Positions 30,664 to 40,641 of a DNA stretch of 64,000 nucleotides are shown piece by piece. The stretch is from assembly GCA_963674595.2 (NCBI GenBank), contig CAXXFV010000004.1, forward strand, positions 1 through 64,000. Reading direction: 5' to 3'. The stretch is from a bacterium (GTDB lineage Bacteria; Zhuqueibacterota; Zhuqueibacteria; Residuimicrobiales; Krinioviventaceae). Every line of letters starts with the position of its first letter. Within the stretch, counting starts at the first letter, position 1. A program made the translations under genes and the position numbers. Below the pieces are notes generated by a model. That model was not told the DNA's origin. It did not search any database and saw only the letters and a list, made by a program, of their open reading frames with translations.

Positions 30664-32466
30664 CTAATCTCCCAAAACAGCTATTGCGGCTGAGCCAATA
30701 CCCGTATGAAGTCCCAACGCAGGAGACGCATCCATTATAAACACATCATTTTTATTAAACAATTTTAATATTTCATCTTTATACCATCCAGCAACTTTTG
30801 GCGATAAAACGTGAACAATACTAAAACGGGGGTTTTCAACTGTTTTTGCATATTCAACAGCGAGCTCTAACGTCTTTTTAACAACCTGACGGCGGCCGAC
30901 AACTTTTTTCGCTTCCACGGCCCGACCTTCGGAATCCAGGGTGAGGACAGGTTTCAGGTTCAATAAAGTACCGATAAGACCTTTAACAGGATTTATTCGG
31001 CCGCTTTTAATAATATATTTCAATGTTGGAATACTAATATAAATTCTTGTCTTTTCAATATATTTTTTCAATTTATCGACAATTTCCTGAATGGGCCGCT
31101 CAAGTTCGATAAGCCGCGCTGCCTCACAAACCAGTAATCCCAATGCTGCTGATGTGGTTTTTGAGTTAAGGATTTGCAAATTAATCTTGTCCTTAAACTC
31201 ACGGGCAGCCACCTGAGCGCCATTAAAGGTGCCGCTCAAACTTTCAGAAATATGTAATGAAATAGCAGAACGATATTGGTTGGAAATTTTATTATACATA
31301 TCACGATATTGTGAAAGAGAAGGTTGAGATGTTGATAAAGCATTGTCCGTTGTTTTCAAAATCTCGTAAAATTCGCTGGAGGTTATTTCGACACGATCCA
31401 GATAGTTTTTTTCACCTACCCGAACAACAACCGGAACGATATTTATATTATATTTTTTAAAAAACTCGTCAGGCAAATCACATGTTGAATCTGTTACCAA
31501 TGCAATTTGTTCTTTTTTAATGGTATTTTCATTAGAATCAACCTGGATCTGCATATCCTCAATTTTCTTTTGAACAACTTTACCACAATCAGAAGCTATG
31601 GCCAAAACAGAATCCGGTGTATTGGTATGAATATGAATCCTGACTTTTTGATGGCTGCCGATCACAATTAAAGAATCACCCAAATCGTTCAGTTTTTCTT
31701 TTAATAAAGACCGTGCTATATTCTTTCCCTCGATTAAACATTCGGTACAATATTTAAAACGAACATTTTGGTGACTATGCAGAATATGATGATGACGAAT
31801 TTTATCAACAACGTGTGTTCCGGCTGTCAAGGCAACCAGTTTCCCGGAATCAATAAAATCGATCATGCCTTCAATAATGTGCACAAAACCTTCAGCACCG
31901 GCATCCACAACACCGGAATCACCCAATATTTTCAATTTTTTCGGTGTATCGGCCAGAGATTTTTTTGCGCGGACAAGAGAGCTTTTTAACAATTCCACAA
32001 AATCACTTTTAGAATTTGCATGATCTGTTAAATGGACCGCCCAGTCCTTCATAACGGTGATTATAGTTCCTTCCCTGGGATTGGAAATAGCTGTTCGGGC
32101 GCGTTCAGCCGCATTTTTTACCGCAATGGCAAATGTTTCTGTGCTTACCCTGACCTTGCCTCTTGTTTCTTCTGCAAGGCCCTGAAAAAACTGGGCTAAA
32201 ATTACTCCGGAATTTCCTCTGGCGCCGCTCAGGGCCGAGTCTGCAATGGCATTGCTGACACCTTCAAAACTGGTATCATGACATCTTTCCGCTCCTTCTG
32301 CAATGACCTGCATTGTCTGGGCCATATTCGTACCTGTATCACCATCGGGCACTGGAAAAACATTTATATCATTTAAATGGTCCTGCATTTGCATGACACG
32401 ACGGGCAGAGGCAATAATGGACCTCTTTAACCGAGGACCATCAATATATTTTATTTTCACACGCAT
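30664..32466 (-). CDS. DAK2 (FakA-like) and DegV (FakB-like) fusion, probable fatty acid kinase
   Basis: INVFPVPDGDTGTNM, GARGNSGVILAQ, EGTIITV, VVDAG, YCTE, HIHT, then DegV motifs VTDSTCD, STSQPS, ISESLSGT, SGRI, KPVL, HTG. Confidence 0.92.
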   Translation of the reverse strand: MRVKIKYIDGPRLKRSIIASARRVMQMQDHLNDINVFPVPDGDTGTNMAQTMQVIAEGAERCHDTSFEGVSNAIADSALSGARGNSGVILAQFFQGLAEETRGKVRVSTETFAIAVKNAAERARTAISNPREGTIITVMKDWAVHLTDHANSKSDFVELLKSSLVRAKKSLADTPKKLKILGDSGVVDAGAEGFVHIIEGMIDFIDSGKLVALTAGTHVVDKIRHHHILHSHQNVRFKYCTECLIEGKNIARSLLKEKLNDLGDSLIVIGSHQKVRIHIHTNTPDSVLAIASDCGKVVQKKIEDMQIQVDSNENTIKKEQIALVTDSTCDLPDEFFKKYNINIVPVVVRVGEKNYLDRVEITSSEFYEILKTTDNALSTSQPSLSQYRDMYNKISNQYRSAISLHISESLSGTFNGAQVAAREFKDKINLQILNSKTTSAALGLLVCEAARLIELERPIQEIVDKLKKYIEKTRIYISIPTLKYIIKSGRINPVKGLIGTLLNLKPVLTLDSEGRAVEAKKVVGRRQVVKKTLELAVEYAKTVENPRFSIVHVLSPKVAGWYKDEILKLFNKNDVFIMDASPALGLHTGIGSAAIAVLGD

Positions 32467-32561
32467 AGATCTATCACACTTGTAAAATTAGAAATCCAAA
32501 GTAAATGAAAATAAAGACAGATGCAACTGAATTTTATTCAATCTTTTCTCACAAATTCAAC

Positions 32562-33497
32562 CTAATTTTTAGACTGTAACCGATTAAAGGCCAGCTTTAT
32601 ATCGTGCTCAAAAACACCATTTAATGCCAATGCAAGTTGAGTTTCCAAAAGGCCCAGAGGCGTTCCCATGTCCAGGCGCTCACCTTGAATTTCCAATCCG
32701 ACAGCTCCCTCTGCTGCACACAGTTCAGCCTGGGCGGTCGTCAGTTGAATTTCCCCATTCTGACGGACATTATTTTTAATATGATTTTGTAATATTTCAA
32801 ATATTTTAGTGGATAATACATGCATTCCAAAAAATGTTAAAAACATATCAGCAGGCAATCCCTCTATGGCCAAATTTTCACGTGCATAGGCAACCTGGGG
32901 TTTTTCAACTATTTTATTTAATTGATAAGCATTCGGGGATTCCGGTATCTGTTCACCTGCAACCGTTCCAAACAGATATAAAAGTTCGGCAGGCGTTTGC
33001 TTTACAGCATAAATTGATTTTTTAAAAAGCTTGTATCCTTCAATAACCTGTTGAACACAGGAAACATCTGTTTGGGAAACATATAGATGATCACCCAGTA
33101 ACAGTAAAAAAGGTTCATCACCCACCCAGTCAGCAGCACAATTGACGGCATGACCATAACCTTCCTGTTGCTCCTGGTATAAATAGGTTATACTATTTTC
33201 CAGATGGGCCAGCATTTCAGACTGACGTAATCCCCATTTTTTATTTGTAAAAGAACTTTTTTCATTTTCAGACAAACTTTTAAAGTGAGACTTGAACTGC
33301 CTTTCCTCTCCGGGATTTACAATAATTGCAATTTCATCAATTCCGGCCCGGACAACCTGTTCGGCAATAATTTGAATCACAGGTTTTGTTATGCCGTCAC
33401 GATCAACAAGAGGGAACAGCTCTTTTTGTATGGAATTGGTTGCCGGGTATTGACGCGTTCCTTTTCCCGCAGCAGTTATAACTGCTTTTTTAATCAT
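32562..33497 (-). CDS. Sugar-1-phosphate nucleotidyltransferase (GalU-like)
   Basis: KAVITAAGKGTR, KELFP, QEGYGHAV, LLGDH, IVEKP, GEIQLT, DMGTP. Confidence 0.88.
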   Translation of the reverse strand: MIKKAVITAAGKGTRQYPATNSIQKELFPLVDRDGITKPVIQIIAEQVVRAGIDEIAIIVNPGEERQFKSHFKSLSENEKSSFTNKKWGLRQSEMLAHLENSITYLYQEQQEGYGHAVNCAADWVGDEPFLLLLGDHLYVSQTDVSCVQQVIEGYKLFKKSIYAVKQTPAELLYLFGTVAGEQIPESPNAYQLNKIVEKPQVAYARENLAIEGLPADMFLTFFGMHVLSTKIFEILQNHIKNNVRQNGEIQLTTAQAELCAAEGAVGLEIQGERLDMGTPLGLLETQLALALNGVFEHDIKLAFNRLQSKN

Positions 33498-33507
33498 GTT
33501 TTCACCA

Positions 33508-34527
33508 TTATTTGAGTATATTATATTTTTTTAATATTTTTTGTAACACAGGCTCTATCTGCCGATATAAGGTTTCATTAGCATAGGCCACCCAGGAAAC
33601 ATTGCTCATTACATTCAGACATGGATTTAAAAAATTTCCTTCAAGATCGGTAATAATAACCCCGGCCTCTCTGGCGACAAGTTCGGTACAAACATCATAA
33701 GGGTGGGCCGCCATCCCGGGCGGGATGCCGTTCAGGCCCGTTGCTTTCATCAGGTCGGCGCGAAAATCTCCGCTAAACCGGTCATGACCGACAGCCAACT
33801 CGTAAAATTGTCCGCCGGTGCTGATATATTGATCATCAAACACAAACGTTGTTTCAAGGTCATCTAAAAGGCCAAGCTCCGATAACAATTCTTCTTCAAT
33901 AGCGGCCGTAATCTGCTTTCTTCCGGGGAAAAATTTTGTCAACATGGCAAAACCATGTTTAAGGGTTTTGGCTGAGCTTGGTTTGGGGTAAAACGTTTCG
34001 TTCTCACCGGTGATTAAATTCATCCTCTCCCCTTTTGTTCCTCTGCCGCGAACAGCATAAAGCATATCGGCCAGGTATTGTTTACGCAAAGGAACTTCAG
34101 TCTGAATAGCAAGCTCAATATCCATTAAAGAGGTTTCCGGCCCAAGATTAGGGGCAAGAGCGGATAAAATCCAGGCGCTTCGTTTCTCATACATGATGCC
34201 ACGGGTTCCGTCAATCGGGTCGACAATCAGTCGAAACACAGCATCTTCAGGGTCCGCATCTTCGGGAAATATCATCGGGTCTCTTTCATCAAAACCCTCG
34301 GCAACAAGAATAAACGGTTCTTCTTCTCCCCAGATTTTACACTCTTTAAGAAGAATATCCTCACAGCTCTGATCGATGTTGTAAATAAAATCCGATTCCG
34401 CTTTTCTGGCAACAGAAGCCATTTCAATGTAATCGTGTTTTTTAGTATGTAAAACGATGGCATCTCGCATGGCCAGATGAATATTTTTAAGCCTGCTCAA
34501 TGCCCGGGTTAAAAAATCGGTATCCAT
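33508..34527 (-). CDS. Inositol monophosphatase/FIG superfamily phosphatase
   Basis: IYNID..CE, VAEG, IVDPIDGT, HPYD, AREAG. Confidence 0.85.
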   Translation of the reverse strand: MDTDFLTRALSRLKNIHLAMRDAIVLHTKKHDYIEMASVARKAESDFIYNIDQSCEDILLKECKIWGEEEPFILVAEGFDERDPMIFPEDADPEDAVFRLIVDPIDGTRGIMYEKRSAWILSALAPNLGPETSLMDIELAIQTEVPLRKQYLADMLYAVRGRGTKGERMNLITGENETFYPKPSSAKTLKHGFAMLTKFFPGRKQITAAIEEELLSELGLLDDLETTFVFDDQYISTGGQFYELAVGHDRFSGDFRADLMKATGLNGIPPGMAAHPYDVCTELVAREAGVIITDLEGNFLNPCLNVMSNVSWVAYANETLYRQIEPVLQKILKKYNILK

Positions 34528-34536
34528 TAAAACTCC

Positions 34537-35961
34537 CTAAAATTTAACAATACTAGTTCCAATCGCTATGGCGCCGGGAGAAGATCCCCAAAAAACATAG
34601 GGTGTCAATCCTGTTGCATCCTTGTAAAGGGCCGCAATATTTTCTATAACATTCCGGGTGCCGGCGCGGGCCAAAACAGCAACAGTTCCTCCACTGCCGC
34701 CGCCGGTAATCTTGGCGCCATACAATCCGGATTCAACACCAGCCTCTTTAACCAAATCAACAATTACGTCCGTTTCTTTTGCACCCAATCCACAATTCTT
34801 GCTGTAACTTTCATGCGACTCATACAAAAGCCTGCCTGCACCAATCAAAATATCTTCAGAGGGATCTTTGGCATAAAAGTCCAGCGCTTCGATGAATTGA
34901 TACACTCTTTCATTTTCCATAATAGCATGTTCAGCCCGTGAACGCGGACGATAATTTTTTTCAGGATCAATCACGGTTACCGGATCATCATGAGATTTTA
35001 ATTTTTCGAGAAACTCTTTTCCTGTAATTTTTACAGGCACACTTTTTTTATACTTTTCTTCCCAATCTTTTGATGACACATTACACAAATATCCGGCAAA
35101 GGGCTGTTCATTCCTATCTGTTTTAACTTTATGAAATATATATTTTCTTCCCATAAACGTTGCAATTCGCGTATCCGTATAGGGGTTACCGTTCACAGCA
35201 TGCCGTACATTTGAAAAAATCCCGATAAACTGAATTCCTTTTGGAATGGTCATCATTCGAACAATTTCATGCGGCTGGCATTTAAGAACAACAAATTTAT
35301 TCTCTTCACCAAAAGCGGTGGTTACCTGGTCCATAATACCACAGGCAGCGCCGACAACAGAATTTTCCAAAATCTGGCACAACCGTGCTAATTGAAAAGA
35401 GTCTATTTGTATATTAAATGCTTTTGTCAAGGCCTGAACAACAGCAACCTCTAAAGAAGCCGAAGAACTGACACCGGAACCAAAGGGGATTGTTCCAACA
35501 ATACCGATTGTTGCACCAAATTCAAAATTTGAGCAAATATTTTCCGTCAAAAGAACATGAAAGGCGCCCAACACATAAGCAGACCAGGCTATTTCCAGAG
35601 TTTTCAATAATTCGTCATGTATTGTTTGATAGGATTTTAATTTGTCCCCGGTGTAAAAATCATCCAAATTAAATTGAACAGTAGAAGTATATCCTTCTGA
35701 TTTTGCGGCAAGACTTTTTACTAAAATTCGGCGGTCCCGACGCTTTTGTACGCCGACAATGGTTGATTCGGCCAAAGGCAGTTCCAGCACCACAGAACCG
35801 GAATAATCGGCTATGCCTCCCAAAACATCCAGCCTTGCCGGAGCCCGAGCAATGACCACATCTCTATCCGGTAAGAACAAACCGCCAAAATTATACCTGA
35901 TTTTATTTGTAAAATCTATCAGATCATTCGGATAATTTTCTGGTGAAAGACGATGGCCCAT
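34537..35961 (-). CDS. GHMP sugar-1-kinase (galactokinase/L-arabinokinase-like)
   Basis: [46 protein letters not shown]. Confidence 0.9.
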   Translation of the reverse strand: [474 protein letters not shown]

Positions 35962-36110
35962 GACATTTCTTTCTTATATTCTAGTTTTTATATACTTGGC
36001 AATATACTAAAATTAAGAAAAAATACAAACACAACTCAAAAAAAATAAAAAAAATTTTCATATTACACGGTAACGGAAACGGTTAAGAAATAAAGACTTT
36101 GATAAAAAAC

Positions 36111-36139
36111 TTGACTAGGTGATTCAGAAATTATATATT
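36111..36139 (+). promoter_or_regulatory. sigma70-type promoter for the SDR/flavoprotein pair
   Basis: TTGACT-N17-TATATT. Confidence 0.65.
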
Positions 36140-36183
36140 GTTTTACATTAATTTATTAGTAACAAAAGATAACGTGAGGAAAT

Positions 36184-36957
36184 ATGAACAAACCTGTTGC
36201 ATTAATTACAGGAGCTGGACGGGGAATTGGACGGGGAATTGCAGAAAAACTTGCTGAAACCGGATATAATATTGCTATTGATGATATACATAACGAATCT
36301 GACATTAAAGATACATTAGATACAATTAAAAGTAAAGGTGCTTCCGTTTTATATATTCAAGCTGACATATCTATTGCAGATGAAAGACTCGATATTATAA
36401 ACAAAATAGGGAAAGAATTTGGCAGACTGGATTTACTGGTAAACAATGCCGGGGTTGCACCCAAACAACGTTTAGATATTTTAGAAGCAACAGAAGAGAG
36501 CTTTGACAGGGTAATGACAATAAACCTGAAAAGCCCCTATTTTTTAACACAACTTGTTGCAAACTGGATGATTGAACAGCAAAAAGAAAATCCAGACCGT
36601 AATTACAGAGTTATCAACACCAGCTCTATATCTGCTTACACATCATCACCTGCCCGTGGTGAATATTGTTTATCCAAAGCAGGCATTGCCATGATGACAA
36701 AACTCTATGCAGATCGCTTGTCGGAATATAATATCGGTGTTTATGAAATCAGACCCGGTATTATCATGACGGATATGACCAAAGTTGTACAGGAAAAATA
36801 TGACAAAATGATTAGCGACGGCCTGCTGCCCCTTAAAAGATGGGGCTACCCGGAAGACATTGCCAAGGCTGTTGCCGGTATCGCTTTAGGTTATTTTGAT
36901 TATTCCACCGGTGAAGTGATCAATGTAGATGGTGGATTTCATTTACGCAGGTTATAG
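36184..36957 (+). CDS. Short-chain dehydrogenase/reductase (FabG-like)
   Basis: TGAGRGIG, NNAG, YCLSK (YxxxK), PG..TDM, VDGG. Confidence 0.93.
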   Translation: MNKPVALITGAGRGIGRGIAEKLAETGYNIAIDDIHNESDIKDTLDTIKSKGASVLYIQADISIADERLDIINKIGKEFGRLDLLVNNAGVAPKQRLDILEATEESFDRVMTINLKSPYFLTQLVANWMIEQQKENPDRNYRVINTSSISAYTSSPARGEYCLSKAGIAMMTKLYADRLSEYNIGVYEIRPGIIMTDMTKVVQEKYDKMISDGLLPLKRWGYPEDIAKAVAGIALGYFDYSTGEVINVDGGFHLRRL

Positions 36958-37002
36958 CTATATTCCCTGTCTCGCAGCAGGGTTTGTAATTATGGAGAAT
37001 TT

Positions 37003-39003
37003 ATGAATAAAACATTATTGAAAATAAATAATATAGAATTTCCATTATGGGAACTGGAAACACTTGTTATAGGCAGCGGTGCTGCCTCCCTTAATTGTGC
37101 TGATCACCTTTTTACCTATGGAAAAACCGACATTGCCATCGTTACAGAAAAAATCGGTGGCGGAACCTCAAACAATACCGGCTCTGACAAGCAAACCTAT
37201 TACAAACTCTCGGTCAGCGGTAAAGAACCAGACTCTCCTTTTGAAATGGCAAAATCGCTGTTTGACGGAGGAGCAATGCATGGTGACCTTGCCCTGATTG
37301 AAGCAACCATGTCGGCGCAGGAATTTTTCCATCTTGCCCAGATCGGCGTTCAGTTTCCACACAATGGAATTGGCGGCTACGTAGGTTACAAAACCGATCA
37401 TGACCCAAGACAGCGGGCTACCTCCGCAGGTCCATGGACTTCCAATCAGATGTTTCAATGCCTTTTCCAGGAAGTCTCAAAGAAAAAAATCCCTATATTT
37501 GACGAACATGACGTAGTCGCCCTTCTTACTGAAAATGATATGGCTGTTGGAATTATTGCCATTGACAAAAACAATATGGATGACGAAACCTTTGGTTTGG
37601 TTTTCTTTAAAGCAAATGATATTGTTTTTGGAACTGGTGGTCCCGGCGGTATATACAAAACGTCAGTTTATCCAAAAGTACATATCGGTGCTATCGGCCT
37701 GGCAATTGAAGCGGGCGCCGTATGCCGCAACCTGACGGAATCACAATATGGTCTCGCTTCAACCAAATTCAGATGGAACGTTTCCGGTACTTATCAGCAG
37801 GTCATTCCGACCTATATCAGTACCGACGAAAACGGCAACGATGAAAAAGAATTTTTAAATGATTATTTTCCGGATATGGGAACACTGGCAACAGATGTTT
37901 TCCTGAAAGGCTATCAATGGCCCTTTGATCCGCGAAAAATCCCCGATTACGGTTCGTCTCTGGTAGATGTACTTGTATATATTGAAACAGTTGTTAAAGG
38001 CCGACGGGTTTTCATGGATTTCCGTAAAAATCCACAAGGCGATGCTCGTATCGGCTCTTTTTCTTTTGATACACTTGAACCGGAAGCCTACAAGTATCTT
38101 GAAAATTCTAACGCCCTTTTTGGCACCCCAATCCAGCGTTTGGAAAAAATGAATCCGCTGGCCATCGAATTATATAATAAAAATGGTATCGACATTAAAA
38201 CAGAACCTCTTGAAGTGGCCGTATGTGCACAACATAATAACGGCGGGCTTGCCGGTGATATTTGGTGGGAATCAAACATCAAACATCTTTATCCGATTGG
38301 TGAAGTCAACGGCAGCCACGGTGTATATCGACCCGGCGGTTCCGCTTTAAATTCAGGACAAGTTGGTTCATTGCGCGCTGCACAGCGTATCGCTAAAGCC
38401 GGAAAGACCAATCCGGTTGATAAAAATGGATTTCTCAAAGCAGCAACAAGCAAAGGTGAAGAAATTTTTAAAATTTGTCAACAATTCACATCCGGCAATA
38501 AAACAGCCAAAACGGCTGAACAATATAGAGATGAATTCCAATTGCGCATGACAAATTACGGGTCCCACATCCGTGATTTGGACAATGTCAAAAAAGCTAT
38601 AGATGAAGCTTATCAACAAATCAAGGACTTTGGCCAACAGTCAATCAATGACCGTAAAGACCTGCCGTATATTTTTCAAAACCGGCACCTGGTGCTCGCC
38701 CATGCCGCATACCTGGAAGCTGTACGAGCTTTTCTTGAAAATGACGGCGGCAGTCGCGGCTCTTATATGGTGATGGACAAAAACGGTCAACCCGTTCTTG
38801 ACAAATTAGGTGACGAATGGCGCTATAAACTTGAAACCCCGGAATTACGCAATCAGGTTTTGGAAACTGTTTTGGGAAAAGACGGTAAATTCACTTCCTC
38901 CTGGAAAACAGTCAGACCGCTGCCTGAAGAAGAATCCTGGTTCGAAAACGTTTGGGGCAAATACATGAAAAACGAAATTTTTAACGAAACCAGCGACATA
39001 TAA
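37003..39003 (+). CDS. FAD-binding oxidoreductase of the SdhA/FrdA/NadB superfamily
   Basis: LVIGSGAAS dinucleotide fold, GTGG, QHNNGGL, LYPIGEV..HG..RPGGSAL, SRG; no Fe-S subunit adjacent. Confidence 0.8.
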   Translation: MNKTLLKINNIEFPLWELETLVIGSGAASLNCADHLFTYGKTDIAIVTEKIGGGTSNNTGSDKQTYYKLSVSGKEPDSPFEMAKSLFDGGAMHGDLALIEATMSAQEFFHLAQIGVQFPHNGIGGYVGYKTDHDPRQRATSAGPWTSNQMFQCLFQEVSKKKIPIFDEHDVVALLTENDMAVGIIAIDKNNMDDETFGLVFFKANDIVFGTGGPGGIYKTSVYPKVHIGAIGLAIEAGAVCRNLTESQYGLASTKFRWNVSGTYQQVIPTYISTDENGNDEKEFLNDYFPDMGTLATDVFLKGYQWPFDPRKIPDYGSSLVDVLVYIETVVKGRRVFMDFRKNPQGDARIGSFSFDTLEPEAYKYLENSNALFGTPIQRLEKMNPLAIELYNKNGIDIKTEPLEVAVCAQHNNGGLAGDIWWESNIKHLYPIGEVNGSHGVYRPGGSALNSGQVGSLRAAQRIAKAGKTNPVDKNGFLKAATSKGEEIFKICQQFTSGNKTAKTAEQYRDEFQLRMTNYGSHIRDLDNVKKAIDEAYQQIKDFGQQSINDRKDLPYIFQNRHLVLAHAAYLEAVRAFLENDGGSRGSYMVMDKNGQPVLDKLGDEWRYKLETPELRNQVLETVLGKDGKFTSSWKTVRPLPEEESWFENVWGKYMKNEIFNETSDI

Positions 39004-39026
39004 TATTATAGAAAATACCCCCCTTT

Positions 39027-39081
39027 ATAGGCTGCCTGATTGAAATTCGACAAATAGAATTATTGGACAGCCTATTTTTTT
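39027..39081 (+). terminator. Probable terminator after the flavoprotein gene
   Basis: ATAGGCTG...CAGCCTAT followed by a T tract (long loop). Confidence 0.5.
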
Positions 39082-39171
39082 ATCATTATTCATACAAATT
39101 CTGGCATCAAAATAAAATTATTAATATATTTAAAAATATAAGTTTTATTTTAAAAAATTGAAGAGGGAGTA

Positions 39172-40602
39172 ATGAATATCTTTTCAAACAACCTTCCTAA
39201 AGACCAGAAAATTCGATCCATCTTTCAACAAAAATCCATTGATATAGAAAACAAAATCAATCATGTTCGTTTTCTTCTCTTTTTTGGCGGGGCCTTTTGC
39301 GATACAATCTATCTTTTAGTAACGACTGAATTTTCCATATTTTTAAAAACATTTCTTCCGCTGATTATTATTTTTATGGTCCCTTTTGCTGCCTACTCTT
39401 TTATCATCCACAAGTTAACCAAAACAAATATATATCGTCCGTGGCTAAAATTTTTAACTATTACTTTTGATATTTTATTACTTTTTGCTGCTTTTTATGA
39501 ATTTTATCACAACGAGGTTTTTCTATCTGTATTTTCAAAGAACGAATTTATCTGGATGAGCACTTTTCTTTTACTTTTATTTACTCTTTTTGGATTTGTG
39601 CGTCTGGACAAACCGGCAATTATCTATAATACAATTTTAACATTTACTATCAATCTACTGATTTTCTATTTTGCGGATTTTAGATCCCATTATATCATTT
39701 ATGGCAGTTCCATCGGTCTTTTATTTCTAGGTATTTTTAGTTTATGGATTACAGAACATTCGATAAGGCATTTAATCGCCGGTGTTCAATTGACACTCAC
39801 CAACAAAGAGCTGGAAAAAGCAAACAACCAGATATCTCTACAGAAAAATGAATTACAAGACGCCCTTGATACACTGAAAGACGCACAAGCCCAGCTTGTA
39901 CAGTCCGGTAAAATGGCGGCTCTGGGAAAATTAGTAGCAGGTATAGCCCATGAGGTAAATAACCCGATTGGTGCTGTTATAAGTTCATCAAACAACATAA
40001 GCCGCTGCCTGAAAATTCTCACCTCACCCGTCAAAACAGGTCAAACTAGTAATGTTATGGCTATTCTTGAACAAAACAATAACGTTATTAACGATGCCTC
40101 TCAGCGAATATCTCAAATCGTAAAAAGCCTGAAAAGTTTTTCCCGGCTTGATGAAGCAGAATATAAAAAAACAAACATCCACAACGATATTGAAAACACG
40201 TTGATGATTCTTGCTCATAAAACAAAAGGGAAAATTGACATTGTAAAAAACTTTGGCGAGGTTCCGGAACTGAAATGTTACCCAAACCAGTTAAACCAGG
40301 TTTTTATGAATATTTTGTCAAACGCAATTGATGCTATCGAAAACAAGGGGAGCATTTCAATTACTACGGAGACACAAAACAGCACATTATTAATCCATAT
40401 AAAAGATAGTGGTAAGGGCATCTCTCCGCAAATTATGGATAAAATTTTTGATCCCGGATTTACAACAAAAGGCGTTGGTGTTGGAACGGGTTTGGGACTT
40501 TCTATCAGTTACAATATCATTCAAAAACATCATGGAGATATAAGCGTATCAAGTAATCCCGATGAGGGCACCTGCTTTACCCTGGCGCTTCCTTTATCAT
40601 AA
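39172..40602 (+). CDS. Membrane-bound orphan sensor histidine kinase
   Basis: About 6 TM helices, coiled coil, QSGKMAALGKLVAGIAHEVNNP, NQVFMNILSNA, FDPGFTTK, GTGLGL. Confidence 0.92.
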   Translation: MNIFSNNLPKDQKIRSIFQQKSIDIENKINHVRFLLFFGGAFCDTIYLLVTTEFSIFLKTFLPLIIIFMVPFAAYSFIIHKLTKTNIYRPWLKFLTITFDILLLFAAFYEFYHNEVFLSVFSKNEFIWMSTFLLLLFTLFGFVRLDKPAIIYNTILTFTINLLIFYFADFRSHYIIYGSSIGLLFLGIFSLWITEHSIRHLIAGVQLTLTNKELEKANNQISLQKNELQDALDTLKDAQAQLVQSGKMAALGKLVAGIAHEVNNPIGAVISSSNNISRCLKILTSPVKTGQTSNVMAILEQNNNVINDASQRISQIVKSLKSFSRLDEAEYKKTNIHNDIENTLMILAHKTKGKIDIVKNFGEVPELKCYPNQLNQVFMNILSNAIDAIENKGSISITTETQNSTLLIHIKDSGKGISPQIMDKIFDPGFTTKGVGVGTGLGLSISYNIIQKHHGDISVSSNPDEGTCFTLALPLS

Positions 40603-40641
40603 GCCAATCTGACTTTTAAAAACACCTAAATTTTTATTGAT

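Noticed and set aside
36217-36240. Perfect 12-bp tandem repeat GGACGGGGAATT
   Set aside because: Encodes GRGI-GRGI of the normal SDR glycine-rich loop; in frame.
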